Assembly: GCA_051294905.1 (NCBI GenBank)
Contig: CM119381.1
Location: forward strand, 15,252,001-15,316,000
Direction: 5' to 3'
DNA: 64,000 nt
DNA from: Botryllus schlosseri
Taxonomy: Eukaryota
Below, in pieces: positions 63,801-64,000 of this stretch (the stretch's first letter is position 1; each line of letters opens with the position of its first letter). The position numbers and the translations under genes are program-made. A model generated the notes under the pieces. That model saw nothing but the letters and a program-made list of their open reading frames with translations, was not told the DNA's origin and made no database searches.

Positions 63801-63877
63801 CATCCCTACCCGTCCGAAGAGCAGAAAAAAACGTTAGCCAGCCAAACAGGACTGACGATACTGCAAGTTAATAACTG
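63801..63877 (+). CDS. Meis: Meis coding exon 9 (TALE PYP loop, helix 2-3)
   Basis: tctttttcag acceptor; [25 protein letters not shown](W); TG|gtgagt donor; 77 nt. The remaining exons lie beyond the window. Confidence 0.98.
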
Positions 63878-64000
63878 GTGAGTACCCTGCGATATTGATG
63901 AGAAGGCTCTGTTTCGCCACGTCACGTCTGATTAGCCTGACGGCCGGTATCTAGGCTCCGGCTGCTTGCGTCTCGATATAGGCGAGCCGTGGGAACATTT

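Overview
Eukaryotic (metazoan) genomic DNA; no prokaryotic features. A tunicate/ascidian origin is only an inference from the compact gene, a 62-nt intron, abundant CpG and the short MITE/SINE landscape. The main host gene is a TALE-class homeobox gene, Meis (homothorax ortholog), on the + strand. Nine coding exons can be joined in frame from 25902 to 63877, and the gene continues past the window end. Intron 7 carries a complete, apparently young 6.6-kb Mutator-superfamily (MULE, Phantom/foldback-like) transposon at 50622-57219. It has a perfect 9-bp TSD, ~460-480-bp modular TIRs built from AAGCTAAT repeats, and one intact ORF: PHD finger, OTU protease domain (vertnin-like, Cys and His intact), CG-1-like region, DDE transposase. 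This element is the most unusual object in the window. The rest is intergenic or intronic DNA with a tRNA-derived SINE family, several hAT-type MITE families (8-bp TSDs, nested insertions, one small inversion), candidate regulatory motif clusters, and two orphan Cys-containing exon-like ORFs upstream of Meis.
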